64,000 bases of DNA from Eledone cirrhosa (Eukaryota). The stretch lies in NCBI GenBank assembly GCA_964016885.1, contig OZ024743.1, positions 88,412,001 through 88,476,000 on the forward strand. Direction: 5' to 3'. The notes under the pieces are model-generated. The model ran no database searches, was not told the origin of the DNA, and saw nothing but the letters and a program-made list of their open reading frames with translations. Shown here piece after piece: positions 13,773-26,067 of the stretch (its first letter is position 1; each line of letters begins with the position of its first letter). The translations under genes were made by a program, and so were the position numbers.

Positions 13773-15105
13773 AGAGTACAACAGATGCCTTCTTCTTGGT
13801 GAGACAATTACAAGAGAGGTTCTTAGAGAAAAATAAGCCACTATACTTAGCCTTTGTTGACCTAGAGAAGGCCTTTGATAGGGTACCCCGATCTGTCATC
13901 TGGTGGTCCCTAAGGAAACTAGGTGTTGAGGAATGGCTTGTGAGGACAGTGCAAACTTTGTACAGAGGTACTGTCAGTAAAGTCAGGGTAGGAATGGAGT
14001 TTAGTGAGGAATTCCAGATACAAGTAGGAGTACATCACGGTTCGGTCCTCAGCCCGCTCTTGTTCATTATAGTCCTCTAAGCCATAACAGAGGAGTTTAA
14101 GACTGGCTGTCCATAGGAACTTCTCTATGCTGACGATCTGGTTCTTATAGCAGAATCAGTAGAGGAGCTAGAGAATAAATTCTGGCTATGGAAACAGCAG
14201 TTGGAAGCAAGAGGACTGAGAGTGAACCTAGCTAAGACGAAAGTGTTGATGAGTAGAAAAGAGGACAAAACTCTGATTCCGTCAGGGAAATGGCCATGTT
14301 CGATATGCAGAAAAGGAACTGGCATAAATTCTATAAAATGCACACAATGCAGATCCTGGGTACACAAGAGATGTAGTGGGATAGCAGGCAAACTAACAGG
14401 TAGGGAGAAATACGTATGCAGTAGATGTACAGGGAAATTAGACAGTAGATGTCGCATTGATAGACACATTTTTCAAATGCAGGCAGGTGCTATAGAAGTG
14501 GTGGATAGCTTCCGGTACCTAAGAGATCAGATTAGCATGGGGGGGGGGGGTTCCGAGGCCATAGTATCTAGAATAAGGACGGGTTGGAAGAAGTTTAGGG
14601 AGTTGCTTCCTCTGCTGACAAAGAAGGGTTTCTCCCTGCGTACGAAAGGCCGGTTATATGATGCCTGTGTGAGGAGCGCGATGTTGCATGGTAGTGAGAC
14701 ATGGACAGCAACTGCAGAGGATATGCGACGGCTGGAGAGAAATGAGGCAAGCATGCTCCGTTGGATGTGCAATGTCAATGTGCGTGAACGACCCAGCATG
14801 AATGTGTTGAGAGAGATAGAATGTAGTGTGCGAGAGAGGAGACTGAGGTGGTATGGACATATGATGCGCATGGAGGATGACCGATGGGTGAAGAAGTGCC
14901 AGGAAATGCCTGTTGAAGGAAGACGTGGTAGAAGTAGACCACAAAAAACATGGGTGGAGGTGGTGAGAACAGACCTCAGATCGCTGAAGCTCACGGGGGA
15001 GATGATGAAGGACCGTGACAAGTGGAGAGATGCTATGCTGAATAAGACCCGTCCCACCCTTGCAAACAGGGAAAAGTGGATGTAAAATGATCATGATGAT
15101 GATTA
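13772..15105 (+). mobile_element. 5'-truncated RTE LINE (subfamily B, short 3' end)
   Basis: RT motifs STTDAFFLVRQLQE, FVDLEKAFD, GSVLSPLLF and YADD (with two in-frame stops near 14080 and 14115), a PHD-like finger, and a C-terminus running directly into a (GAT)n tail. The 5' end abuts (TA)n. Confidence 0.95.
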
Positions 15106-15107
15106 TA

Positions 15108-15165
<58 letters not shown>

Positions 15166-15176
15166 TATATATATAT

Positions 15177-16096
15177 ATCCTTACATACTTAAATATAAAT
15201 GCATGTATATATATATATACAAATGTATAAATGCATAGCTATATACATATATATTAATTCAAAATATTACAAAAATAGAACTTCTTGTGATCAAGTATAT
15301 TTTATTATACATATTTCAGAGGTACTGAGCTAACTTCAACAGTACGTCCTCATCAGATAAAATAAGATGATGTATGACATACCCTGACATAGTAGATGGT
15401 TAAGATCCAGTCGTGGTAGTGAGTAAGATATGACAAAACTCAATATTTATATACCTTAAGATTGAGACATGAAAAAACTTACATATAATACAGAGGGTGC
15501 GTGTAAGGACATAACTGTTAGAGATTCAAATAATTATTGAACTAATTCTTTGATTTATTCATTGAACCTTGTTTAACCTTTAAATATATATATATATAAA
15601 TCTACATACATACATATATACATACATATATTTACGTATGTATATAGCTATGCATTTATACATTTGTATATATACATACATTTATATGCATGTATATATA
15701 CAAATGTATAAATGCATAAATATATACATACGTAAATGTATGAATGTATATATGTATGTATGTAGATTTATATATATATACAATATATATATATAAATCT
15801 ACATACATCATATATACATACATACATTTACGTATGTATATAGCTATGCATTTATACATTTGTATATATACATACATTTATATGCATGTATATATACAAA
15901 TGTATAAATGCATAAATATATACATACGTAAATGTATGAATGTATATATGTATGTATGTAGATTTATATATATATACAATATATATATATAAATCTACAT
16001 ACATACATATATACATACATACATTTACGTATGTATATAACTATGCATTTATACATTTGTATATATACATGCATTTATATTTAAGTGTGTAAGGAT
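15177..16096. repeat. AT-rich structure bounded by ~70 bp inverted repeats, with internal tandem palindromes (~196 bp unit, ~2.5 copies)
   Basis: ATCCTTACATACTTAAATATAAATGCATG… (15177) is inverted at …CATGCATTTATATTTAAGTGTGTAAGGAT (16096). Units starting AAATCTACATACAT at ~15598, ~15796 and ~15991 each fold back on ATGTATGTAGATTT (third unit partial). Confidence 0.8.
15298..15364 (-). ncRNA. Minimal type I hammerhead ribozyme motif (Penelope-like/retrozyme type)
   Basis: Minus strand: UAUUUUAU-CUGAUGA-[GGA c GUACUG…CAGUAC c UCU]-GAAA-UAUGUAU-A-AUAAAAUA. It has a perfect 8 bp stem I, a paired stem II, a short quasi-palindromic stem III and an AUA cleavage triplet. Confidence 0.85.
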
Positions 16097-16719
16097 GTTG
16101 ACATGATTATTTATGTTTGTTTTTTTTTGGTACGGAGAAAATTCTGTCTCCAGATTTTATTACCTCGGGATATTAAATACCACACCTCTGGCTGAAAGAT
16201 CACCAGATTCTCAACCTCATCAAACACTAACGCAGGCCTGTGTGTGTATATATGTGTGTGTGTGTGAATGTATGTATGTATATACGTATGCATGTTCATA
16301 TGTATATGTATGTATACACCCACACCTTTCATCACCATTGCTTCTTTTTGTTGTCATTTCTGTTGAAGTTCTTGTAACTGTTGTCACAATTGACGTCCTT
16401 ATGTTCATTTTCTTTGATTTCTTTTATCTCCCTAGGGAATTCGTTGACAAGCTTCTTTTATTTATTTTCTTCATTCAAATGCATTCACACTGGCTGTCTA
16501 AGAGACGTACAAATATGACTTATAAAACTTACCAAACTAAAGGGGCTTCCAGCCCCTCCCCCCCCCCCCAAGCTTCAAACGCCCCCTTGCTCCAAAACGT
16601 TGAGAACCTTTGTTCTAGAACAACGATGAGCAGGGGTCTTTCACTCCCAGTCGTCTTACAGCATACTCAGAGACCAGCCTGAATATTTCTATGTCCCTGC
16701 ACATAGATACATAATATTG

Positions 16720-17375
16720 AATGGCCATTGACTCTCACGGGTTCCTCTGCCCTTTGACAAGTTTTGTTTTTCATTTGCAGGATGTCCAAAAATCAAACTC
16801 CTCACCAAGTAAGTTTGCTGCGGTTGCCAGTTTAGTCACTGATGACCCAACCATGCATATATATACATACAAATACACCACACATACATGATGGCTGCAA
16901 ACTCTGCTAAGAGTACTGCAATCGCTTGTCAGATTATAGAATTTGGTGCACTTTTAGGCAATGGCATGCCACACGAATCTGTAACATATCCTGAACAAGA
17001 AATGCCTGTGTTTTGAAGGTTTTTTAAGTGGGGAAAGGACTTGCACTCGACCAATCCCACTCTCTGAGCATCGAAAACACTACCCGAAAAGGAGAACTGG
17101 TCAACATCATCGGATGCTTCAAAAGCCGCAGGTTTTTTTTCAGAGTTTCCCTCTCTTAGGTGTTGACAACAACTGGGGGCCTTTCACTCCAGTGCTACTG
17201 GTAACATGTAACCCAGTACAACCTGTCTCATGGTCGGGCCGTCGGCGACTAAACCGGCAACCCCACCAAGCATACTTGTTAAGGGGGGGGGGGGGGGTAT
17301 TTGGACACCCTGCGGGATGATATACAAGACCCGACAAAGGGCGGAGGAACTCAGCAGAGTCAACGGCCATCCAAA
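16720..17375. repeat. Unclassified interspersed repeat, two diverged copies in inverted orientation
   Basis: 16720-16856 (ATGGCCATTGACTCT…TTTAGTCACTGATGACCCAACCATG) matches the reverse complement of 17229-17371. Confidence 0.65.
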
Positions 17376-18240
17376 CAGTACACACATACATACATACATA
17401 CATACATGCATATGTAATGTAATACAAGCTTCCATTTTAATTTCAGTTTTCCAGAAGAAGACATGTTAGTCAGTATATTACTGGATTGCTTTATTTGTCT
17501 CTCTTTCACATGCACACACACACATACACACACTAACACAAACACACACATTCTCTCTCACACACGCACAAACACAAATACGCACACATACACACACACA
17601 AACAAACACACATACACACACACTCACACTCACAAACATACACACACACAAGGCCAATATTGCAGACACAGACATATACAGTGTTAGCTATACTTCACAC
17701 TACACACACTCACAAACATACACTCACTCTCTCTCTCTCATTACCAGTATTACAGGCACACACGCATATACAGTCACACATATACTTTACACTGACACTT
17801 TCTTAATGTAATTACCATCAGCAATATCATCATCATGCCAGCAGGTTAGATTGCTAATAATATCTTACAGCCAGATGAACAGATGTAGAAAACTTGTGTT
17901 AGATCCTCCTTACTAACAGCCAGCCACAAGAGGGGGAAAGTGGAAAGTTCATTTAATAACAAAACTATAGACTTGATAACTTATGTAAAAGTAGAAAATG
18001 TGGGGACCAGATGTTGATAGGAAAGCAGTAAATTCTATATAAAGTTCACAGCTAAAATATAAAACACTCTATAGTGTTGATTTACCACTTATTATTACCA
18101 AATTACTGGCCTTGTACCTATATAAGAAACCATTGAGGTTAACTTTGCCTTTCATCCTTACGGGGTCGATAAAATAAAGTACCAGTAATGCACTGGGTAT
18201 TTGTTGGCCTTGTGCCAAAAGTAGAAACAATTATTATTAC

Positions 18241-18538
18241 CATGGCTGAATTTAATGGGGATTAAGGGGAGCAATTGCCCCGCGCCATTTACAGTTGGGG
18301 GTCCCACCAGCGACGGCCATAGCAATTTATTTGTACCCTCAGCTGGGCTTTTTAGTTTTAGGATGGTTAGAATTTTTTTATTTAATTTCTCTATGTATAA
18401 CTTTTTAATTCCAATTACTTGTCAAGCTAACTTTGATATGTAAAATTGGTGGGTTTGTTGTGTATTCTATGTTTTTGTGTATGAGGGACCTCCAAACCTG
18501 AAATGCCCCAGGGCCCCCAAGGTCTAAATCAAACCCTG
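18241..18538. mobile_element. hAT-type MITE
   Basis: Imperfect TIRs CATGGCTGAATTTA / TAAATCAAACCCTG, flanked by ATTATTAC / ATTATTTT (6 of 8 bases match as a TSD). Confidence 0.6.
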
Positions 18539-18737
18539 ATTATTTTGCGTACTAATCAGATCCGTGTTTTCAGTGTATTAACCCTTTTGATATCATATTT
18601 ATTATGATAGACACTGCCTATATAAAAAATGTCAATGAATTTAGTAAAATACCAAAATATTTCATTTATCAAACTGATGTCTGCAACATTAACAAAAGTT
18701 CTATCATAAAAATATAACAAAAGGTTTTAATATAAGT

Positions 18738-19090
18738 ATGCATGGACAATGACCAATAGGTGAAGAAATGCCAGGAAATCCCAGTGAAAGGAAGCTGCAG
18801 TAGATGACGATCAAGAAAGACCCGAGCAGAGGTTGTGAGAGCTGACCTCAAATCGCTAAGATTGGCAGAAGAGATGAGGAAAGGACGCAACAAGTGGAGA
18901 GATGCCGTGCTGAAAAAGACCCGTCCAACCCATGCAAGCATGGAAAAGCGGATGTAAAAACAACAACAATGATGAGGATGATGCAGACACCCAGTAAGGT
19001 GATAGTGCTGGAGCCATGACAAAATGCTCTCAGTACCCACTGTAAAGTGGTTGGCATTAGGAAGGGCATCCAGCCATTAGAAACCACTAC
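18738..19090 (+). mobile_element. RTE subfamily B 3' end followed by a SINE-tail fragment
   Basis: Homologous to 14870-15100 (…AAGACCCGTCCAACCCATGCAAGCATGGAAAAGCGGATGTAAAA…GATGATG), then TGGTTGGCATTAGGAAGGGCATCCAGC at ~19050. Confidence 0.8.
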
Positions 19091-19499
19091 AACAGTCCTG
19101 GTTTGTAGTGTTGGTGGTTGTGCCGGCAACACTGTTGACATCCCACCACTACCCTAAAGTGTTTAGATATAAGTTTTGAAAGTAGAGGCAACAGAGAGGA
19201 GTTCCAGCTAGATCCTGTCAACAAAATCTCCATATGGTTTAAACACACAGCAAGTCTCCCATATCCGAATGTTAGCAGGACACCTGGGAGTCATGACCTG
19301 GATGTGGCCTAGTCTTCTAAGAGTGTAAGAAGTTAAAGGTAGAAACACTCGCTTGAGAGAGGTTTCTTCTCTGAAGACCTTCTTCTGCCCAGATGTCCTG
19401 AGAGTTTCTTACCACTGACACTACAACACACCACCACCATAACATTACCATAGTTTTCAACATCAATCCTTATACCTGCCTCCTAATTCTAAAAAGAAG

Positions 19500-19650
19500 G
19501 CAGTGAAATGGCAGAGTCATGAGAATGTTGGGTAGAATGTTTTGCAGTATTTGCTCCAGCTCTCTGAGTTCAACTCTCACTGAAGTCAACTTTGCCTTTT
19601 ATTCTGTCAAAGTTGGTATAAAATAAGTACCAGTCCAATACTGAGATCCA
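19500..19650 (+). mobile_element. tRNA-derived SINE (S1)
   Basis: A-box-like TGGCAGAGTC, B-box-like GAGTTCAACTC, and the core GTCAACTTTGCCTTTT…AAAATAAGTACCAG. Confidence 0.7.
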
Positions 19651-20549
19651 TTTTTCCTCTATATATCCAACTTCTTCTCTCTCCTTCTTTGGAAAAAATC
19701 AGTGGTGTTTAGACCCATCATGGTGATGGACTCTGACGAAGGTCAGTATGCCTGAGCTGGGCAGTGGGGTGAGCTCCTGCTGATCTACAAATGGCTCAAA
19801 TAGGCTGTGTTTATCACCTCTACCAGCCAAATTCCCTCCCATGCGTCCCGGTCATGGCTCTGGCTCCACCAAATTGGGTGAAAGTGAGAGCTCAGTGTTA
19901 TAACCAATGCAATGCTTGGATTGCACTATCCTAAAGTACATCTATTTGCGACTGGGCACTGCTTCTGAAACCAATCACCTGAAGAAACTCCACTGAAATG
20001 AACTAACACCATGAATTCCTTTGCTGGAGCTGGCTCAACTCACCCCAGGTGAACACCGCCACAAGTATATGTACAAGTGACCAAAATACACTGTATGATA
20101 CTACAGTTCCTCTACAACACCATCAGGAGTTACAAGTCCATACATGCAGCCCTACAAGTACTCCAGCTATTAATGCCACATAATACAGTGTAACATCCAC
20201 CATTGATAAACTGAAAATTTTATAAAAAATAAAAAATAAAATTACTAACAACAGTAAGAGGTACGGGGTGAGGTTTACAAAATGGTGAAAACATTGTCAT
20301 GGAGAACAGCCAGTGAAATCTGCTGCATTTACTTCTATGAACTTAATACAAACTTGTCATCTTCATTAATATCATTAATGTAATAGAATATTTATCATGT
20401 ACACATTGTTCTAACTGTTTAGCAAACAATTTCCTCTACTTTAGTTAATCTCTGCCTGAATACCTCATGTATGCATGTATGAACCTATAACTCCAGATGA
20501 AGTTGTAGGGGGCGCTGTAGTGACATACGGCATGTCTTGGGTATTTTAA

Positions 20550-21055
20550 CCCTTTAGCATTTACATTACTCTATATCAGTGATTCCCAACATGGGGCGCA
20601 CACTCCCACAGAGGAGCAATTTGAATATTCAAAGGGTCAATTTGAAAATTATGTTAATGAGAGCAAACTTCAGGTTTTACTTTATTACTTTTATACCAAG
20701 GCAAATTTGAAACAAATTACTATCAGAAACTCCTGTCTTGCCTCCTCCACACATGTTATTGTGCATCTGGCACTACCTATATGTCAATTTGTTTATACTT
20801 TGTAGTTGATCATCGCTATTTTTATATCAAAGTGGGGCATTAAAATGTTTGAGATGTTGAGGTGGGGCATGAGGCACAAAAGGTTGGGAACCACTGCTCT
20901 ATTTATACTATTGTATTTTCATGGTAAAGGCTTTAGATATTATTTATTTTGAGAATAATAGCTTAATATTAGTATGAGCGGTGGGTTACAGTCAGTTTGA
21001 ATAGAAAGTGGTGAGAGAATTCTGACTGGATCCGGCTGGTTTAAATGCTAAAGGG
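20550..21055. mobile_element. piggyBac-type MITE with TTAA TSD, interrupted by a hAT MITE
   Basis: TTAA|CCCTTTAGCATTTA…TAAATGCTAAAGGG|TTAA. An uninterrupted copy lies at 25179-25383. Confidence 0.85.
20577..20896. mobile_element. hAT-type MITE nested in the piggyBac MITE
   Basis: TIRs CAGTGATTCCCAAC / GTTGGGAACCACTG with 8 bp TSD CTCTATAT / CTCTATTT. The empty site CTCTATAT is present in the 25179 copy. Confidence 0.85.
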
Positions 21056-21604
21056 TTAAACCTGGTGGAGCACATCCCTTCTCCAGGTCTGAATACAGCC
21101 ATTTTCTACCAGGGAATGAGAGAGAGTCAGCCCCAGTTCTGGACTGGTACTTTTTTTTTATTGACCTCAAATGGATGCAAGGCAAAGTTGACCAGAAAAA
21201 TCGACAGACAGGGAGGTAGGTTGGTAGATAGAGAGACAGGTATCGGATAGATACATAGGTAGAACAAATTAATCGCAATTTAATGGTGATATGTTTGATA
21301 TGCATAAAGACAGATAGATGTTGTATATATTGCCTGAAGATAGATACATAGGTGTCTAGCTATAGGTAGCTGCTGCTTTGACCACTGAACATATTGTCAA
21401 CGCTGTGAGAGAAAGGGAGAGAGGAAGATATCAAATTATCATTTCCCTGTCAAAGCACAAAGTGGTTGGCACATGATCCTTGTGTTTTCTTATAAATATA
21501 TATAAATATGTGTGTATCACCAGCTGTCTTTTGTATGTAACATGTCTATACTATGTCATTTGTATCACATTACAGTTTCTATGCACACACACAACTTCAA
21601 TAAA

Positions 21605-22095
21605 CCTCTCTAGATAAACTAATGGCTCTCTTCTTTCCTTCCCCTCCTCTTTCCTGAATAAAGGGATATCTAGATAAACTAGTAGCTCTCCTTCTCCACC
21701 TCCCCCTACTCTCTCTCTCTCTTTCCTAAATAAAAGGCTAGCTAGATAAACTAGTAGCTCTCTATCTCCCCATCTCTTTCCTAAATAATGGGATATCTAG
21801 ATAAACTAACGGCTCTCTCTATTTTCTAACTAAAGAGGTAACTAAATAAACTCCCATTTGCATTTAATAGTGAGAGATGAGGAGAGCGAGAAAGACGAAA
21901 GCAGTGAGTGAAAGAGAGACAACATCAACGCACACAGTAAATAAACTAATTACTCTCTCTCTACTAAATAAAGGGAAATCTAGATAAACTAGAGACTCTC
22001 ATTCCCTCTCCTTCTCTTTCCCCAAAAAGGAACAACTAGATAAACTTATAAGTCCACGCCCTCTCTCTCTCTCTCTTTCCTAAAAAAAAGGGATA
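21605..22095. repeat. Degenerate minisatellite, variable ~50-75 bp unit
   Basis: Recurrent CTAGATAAACTARTRGCTCTC…(CT)n…CTTTCCTAAATAAAGGG. Confidence 0.75.
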
Positions 22096-22824
22096 CCCTT
22101 TTTCTATTTTATTTCGATAGAAGCCGACCTATGGAAAAGAACACTAAGTGTGAAGCATGAGTCAATGGGAGTAAGAAAGAAGAATGTAGACAGAAGTTAT
22201 TGAGAGGAAGAGTTGGGGAAAGGGTATTTATGTCTGCAGCAACCCACGTCCCTCTTGTTAGCTTTTGTACTGTGGTTAGAGTACAATTTCTCTTTGTTGA
22301 CCTATTTAGTATACATCTGATATGAGTGGTTGTTTCTTATTTCGTCCTCCTATGTCATGCATGCTTGAAGCATTTTATTTTTGTCTTAATGTCGTAATAG
22401 CATTAGACAGAGGTAAATAGGTAGATAGATAGAGAGATGGATATATATAGAAAGAGAGAGCGACATAAAGATAGATAGATCGATAGCAAGTGGTAAGAGA
22501 GAGAGAGAGCTGTATGGCTAGGAAGAGAAAGAGAGAGGAGATGCAGGATATCTAGACAGACAGAAACAACGGGAGAAGAAAGAAAATGTTGTAAAGCAAA
22601 CATACTTGTGAAACAAATCTTTTTGGCGTTTATCACTGTCAGAAATTTAATAAACAGACATCTGGAACATTTAAGACATTCCCCAGATCATAACTTATGG
22701 ATGGCATCTGCCGATATTAATGGTTTTTTGAAGAAGAATATTTAGTGTAGAAAAATAAGTAAATATTCTGAAACAAATTGAAACATTTTCAAGGAAATAT
22801 ATTAATATTGATTTATAATTCATA

Positions 22825-23335
22825 CATAAGGCCAACAAATTTAGGAGAAGAGCAATGTTGATTAAATTAACCCAGTATTTGACTGGTATTGTTTATTGTG
22901 TTATCGACCCCAGAAGGATGTTGATAGGCAAATGGGATTTGAAGAGTCCAGCCCGATTAGTTGAGAAATAAATATATTCCGTTTATAGTTAAACAGGGCT
23001 ATAGGGAACATATTCACTATGCCCCGTTAGTGTCATTACTCACCCAATGAGACAAAATTTAAACGTATTAAACATAAATTTGTACTTACCAAAGGTTATT
23101 TGTATTGAGGGTATATATATTGGTTTGTGATTTAAGCACAAAGCCAACAATTTTGAGAATAGGAAAGTCGATTAAATCTACCCAGAGCATTACTGGTACT
23201 TTATTTTATCGACCCCATAAAGATGAAAAGCAAAAACTTCGGTAGGATTTGAAATTAAATTGTAAAAGGCCGTAACTCTCTGCCGTAAATCATGTCCGAC
23301 GCTCCACCGATACTACCAATCCACCGCCTTGAGGG
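22825..23335 (-). mobile_element. Two S1 SINE copies (~22825-22940 and ~23118-23335)
   Basis: Reverse-strand core CTGGTACTTTATTTTATCGACCCC…GATGAAA…GGATTTGAA and head …CCGATACTACCAATCCACCGCC. Confidence 0.75.
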
Positions 23336-23457
23336 TATATATTAATAATATTAATATTAATAATTCTTACATTTTATATTATTTTTCAAATGAATCGCTT
23401 CCCCAATAGTTTACATTGAAACCTATTTCAACTGGTCTCATGTAAAGTAATGTTACA

Positions 23458-23730
23458 AGTCAGGTGATCCATGTTGAGTGGAGGTGAGGTGGACCATGTT
23501 CAGTGGAAGTGTGTAAGAGGTGAGGTTGATTACGCTGGGTGGAGGGTGATATGTCTGAGGTGAGGTGGATTATGTTGAGTAGAGGGAGGTGTGTCAGAGG
23601 TGAGGTGGACCATCTTGAGTGGTGGTGTGTCAGCGATCAGATGGACCATATTGAGAGGGGGGAGGTGTGTCAGAGGTGAGGTAAACCATGTTGAGTGGAG
23701 GATGGGTGTACCAGGTCAGATGGACCAGTG
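23458..23730. repeat. Minisatellite, ~36-40 bp unit
   Basis: Repeats of GGTGAGGTGGACCATGTTGAGTGGAGGTGTGTCAGA. Confidence 0.75.
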
Positions 23731-24139
23731 TATGATCTGATGTTGAATGTAAAGTAGAAATTATGACATCAACATGACACAGTGGTCACAGTCAGAATAC
23801 ATTTGACCATAGGTCTGCTGAGTTAAGTTTGATTGGCAGCTAAACAACAACAGCAACCTTGCCTGGCTCTACATAGACAGCTGTTGAGGTTATGCTTGGA
23901 AGGGTTTAGAATAGAGTAATAAGATGTATGTATAGTAGTAATGTATAAAGACAAGGTTGTTTGTAATTACTATATGATTAGGTCTAATCTAAGTAATTAG
24001 ATATATAAAGATCTGTGTAAAGATGGTTAGCTTTAATCTAAGCTTTTGATGCTTAGATTAGATATAAGTAGAGTCTGTGTGAAGACTAGATGGGTATAAT
24101 TTTTTCATTGTAGATCTCTCTATATAATCTTCATTGATG

Positions 24140-24535
24140 GGGTCACAACAAAAAGCACAGTTACCTGTGTAAGGTGGTAGTGCTGGTTCCACAACAAAAA
24201 GCATCCAGTTCACTCTGTAAGGTGCTAGTGTTGGAGCCACAACAAAAAGCACAGTCACTTGTGTAAGGTGGTGGTGCTGGTTCCATGACAAAAAGCACTT
24301 CACCCGGTAAGGTAAGGTGGTAGTGCTGGTGCCATGACAAAAAGCACCCAGTCCCCTGTGTAAGGTGCTAGTGCTGGAGTCTCAACAAAAAGCACCTTGT
24401 CTCCTGTGTAAAATGGTAGTGCTGGGTCTACGACAAAAAGCACCCAGTTCACCTGGTAAGGTGGTAGTGTTGGAGTCATGATAAAATACTCCCAGTTGGC
24501 ATTAGGAAGGACATCCAGCTGTAGAAACCATGCCA
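24140..24535 (+). repeat. Tandem expansion (~48 bp unit, ~7-8 copies) of the SINE/RTE-3'UTR subunit
   Basis: Repeats of CAAAAAGCACCCAGT…TGTAAGGTGSTAGTGCTGG, followed by TTGGCATTAGGAAGGACATCCAGCTGTAGAAACC. Confidence 0.8.
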
Positions 24536-25178
24536 AAACGGAGTGTACGACCAGTCTAGCTTTAGTACATAACAGCCTATGGAAAATAGGTGATGATAAT
24601 GATGACTACCTTGACTATGTTAGTACTTGCTTCCTTGAATTAGTAGGGTTGTGTGGTTAAAAAGTTCTCTTTGTAATCAGGTGGTTTCTTGTTCTATTTC
24701 ACTTGTGTACTACTATGGATAAGTGTCTTCTCCTATTCTCCTATAGCCTTGGCATGACCAATGCTTTGTGGAGGGAAATTTGTTAGACAGAGACTGTACA
24801 GAAGACTATCATGTATATAACCTATGCCAGTGTATAAAAATGGACGTTAAACGGTGATGATGATGATGTTATATATGTAAAAACCATGATGATAGTGATG
24901 ATAATATATATATAGTGTAAATACAGGTCAAGAAGAAACTTCCAAAGGGAATTGTCGTCTATGTGCATTCATAAAGCTGAATGGATGAGGATGGAGGTAG
25001 AAAATGTATAAAGGAAGTTTGGAGTTTAGGGCTTGGATGGAGTGGGGGGCTACAAAAGAAAAGAGTTTACTCATCTGGGGCCAGTTCAGGGCAGATCTAG
25101 TGAGGAAGCTTGTTGATAGCCACTGATCACAAAACACTGACACAGCTGTGATTCATGGCAGTGTTTTACAGCCATTAA

Positions 25179-25383
25179 CCCTTTAGCATTTACATTACTC
25201 TATATTTACTCTTAGATTTTCATGGTAAAGTCTTTATCTCACATAATATTGAATCTATGAGATTTTGATATTTATTTTGAGAATAATACCTTAACATCGA
25301 TATGAATGGCTGGTTACAGCCGGTTTGAACAGAAAGAGGTAAGAGAATTCTGGTCGGATACAGCCGGTTTAAATGATAAAGGA
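25179..25383. mobile_element. piggyBac-type MITE (uninterrupted copy)
   Basis: TTAA|CCCTTTAGCATTTA…TAAATGATAAAGGA|TTAA. Further copies at ~55196-55440, ~58136-58260 and ~63814-64000. Confidence 0.8.
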
Positions 25384-25659
25384 TTAAATGTTAGTATCAA
25401 TAAGGCTTTTAAGGACATGCTAAGAATAACACAAAATAACTAGATGTGTGATAAAAGTAAAAAACATAAATGAAAGGAAATAGAGGCAGTACACAGGTTT
25501 CATCACTGCTTCTGGTCTGTAAATGGATCCTGGATTCTATGAAAGAAATAATAGCTTATAAATACAAATAAATAAATAAGTAAATAAGTGTTGATGTTCT
25601 CTTTCTTTCATTCACTACCTCCACCTCTCTCGCTCTCCCTATCTCTCACTATTATAAGC

Positions 25660-25845
25660 AAATAGGGATCCACGCGCTGGGCAGCCCGTGGCCCTGGTGA
25701 GTAGAATAGAGAAGGCATTTCCCCAGAGGATAGAGACGCATTGGAAGAGCCATTCCAGTTCACAGGGCTCACACCTGTGGGTAGCCAAGTCTGTGCTGAC
25801 TAGGGAGGTGGTCTTAGGGCCAAGGACACCAGAAGTTTCCACTTA
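25660..25845 (-). mobile_element. CRE-clade-like non-LTR retrotransposon 3' fragment (end of restriction-like endonuclease domain)
   Basis: ETSGVLGP…EPCELEWLFQCVSIL-GNAFSIL resembles the CRE C-terminal pattern ET.G..G…E..WLFQRLS.A..RGNA.SIL. Homologues at ~42990-43110 (+) and ~54870-55060 (-). Confidence 0.65.
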
Positions 25846-26067
25846 TTGTCAAATCATTCAAGAAATCTGGAATTTCAAATGCACATTAGATGACAGATAA
25901 GACAATATATCTAAAGCCAAATTCACCTCGTGGACGAGAATGCAAGCACTCCTCCTTGTTTCGGCCCAGGATGGCTAACATAACCCCATCCCCCCCCCCC
26001 CCCCCCCCCCCCCGCGCCCCACCGCTCCCACCCTCCAAACGCAATCCAAAACTTCAGAGTTGGTACC

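Larger units (their letters stand above)
12915..16612. mobile_element. Non-autonomous hAT (Charlie-like) DNA transposon enclosing nested insertions
   Basis: TIRs CAAGGGTTCTCAAC (12915-12928) / GTTGAGAACCTTTG (16599-16612) with a perfect 8 bp TSD TTCTAGAA (12907-12914 and 16613-16620), matching the NTCTAGAN target preference of Charlie-type hATs. Confidence 0.85.

Noticed and set aside
19730-19765. CTGACGA-AGG…CCT-GAG hammerhead-like motif
   Set aside because: The GAAA core is absent.
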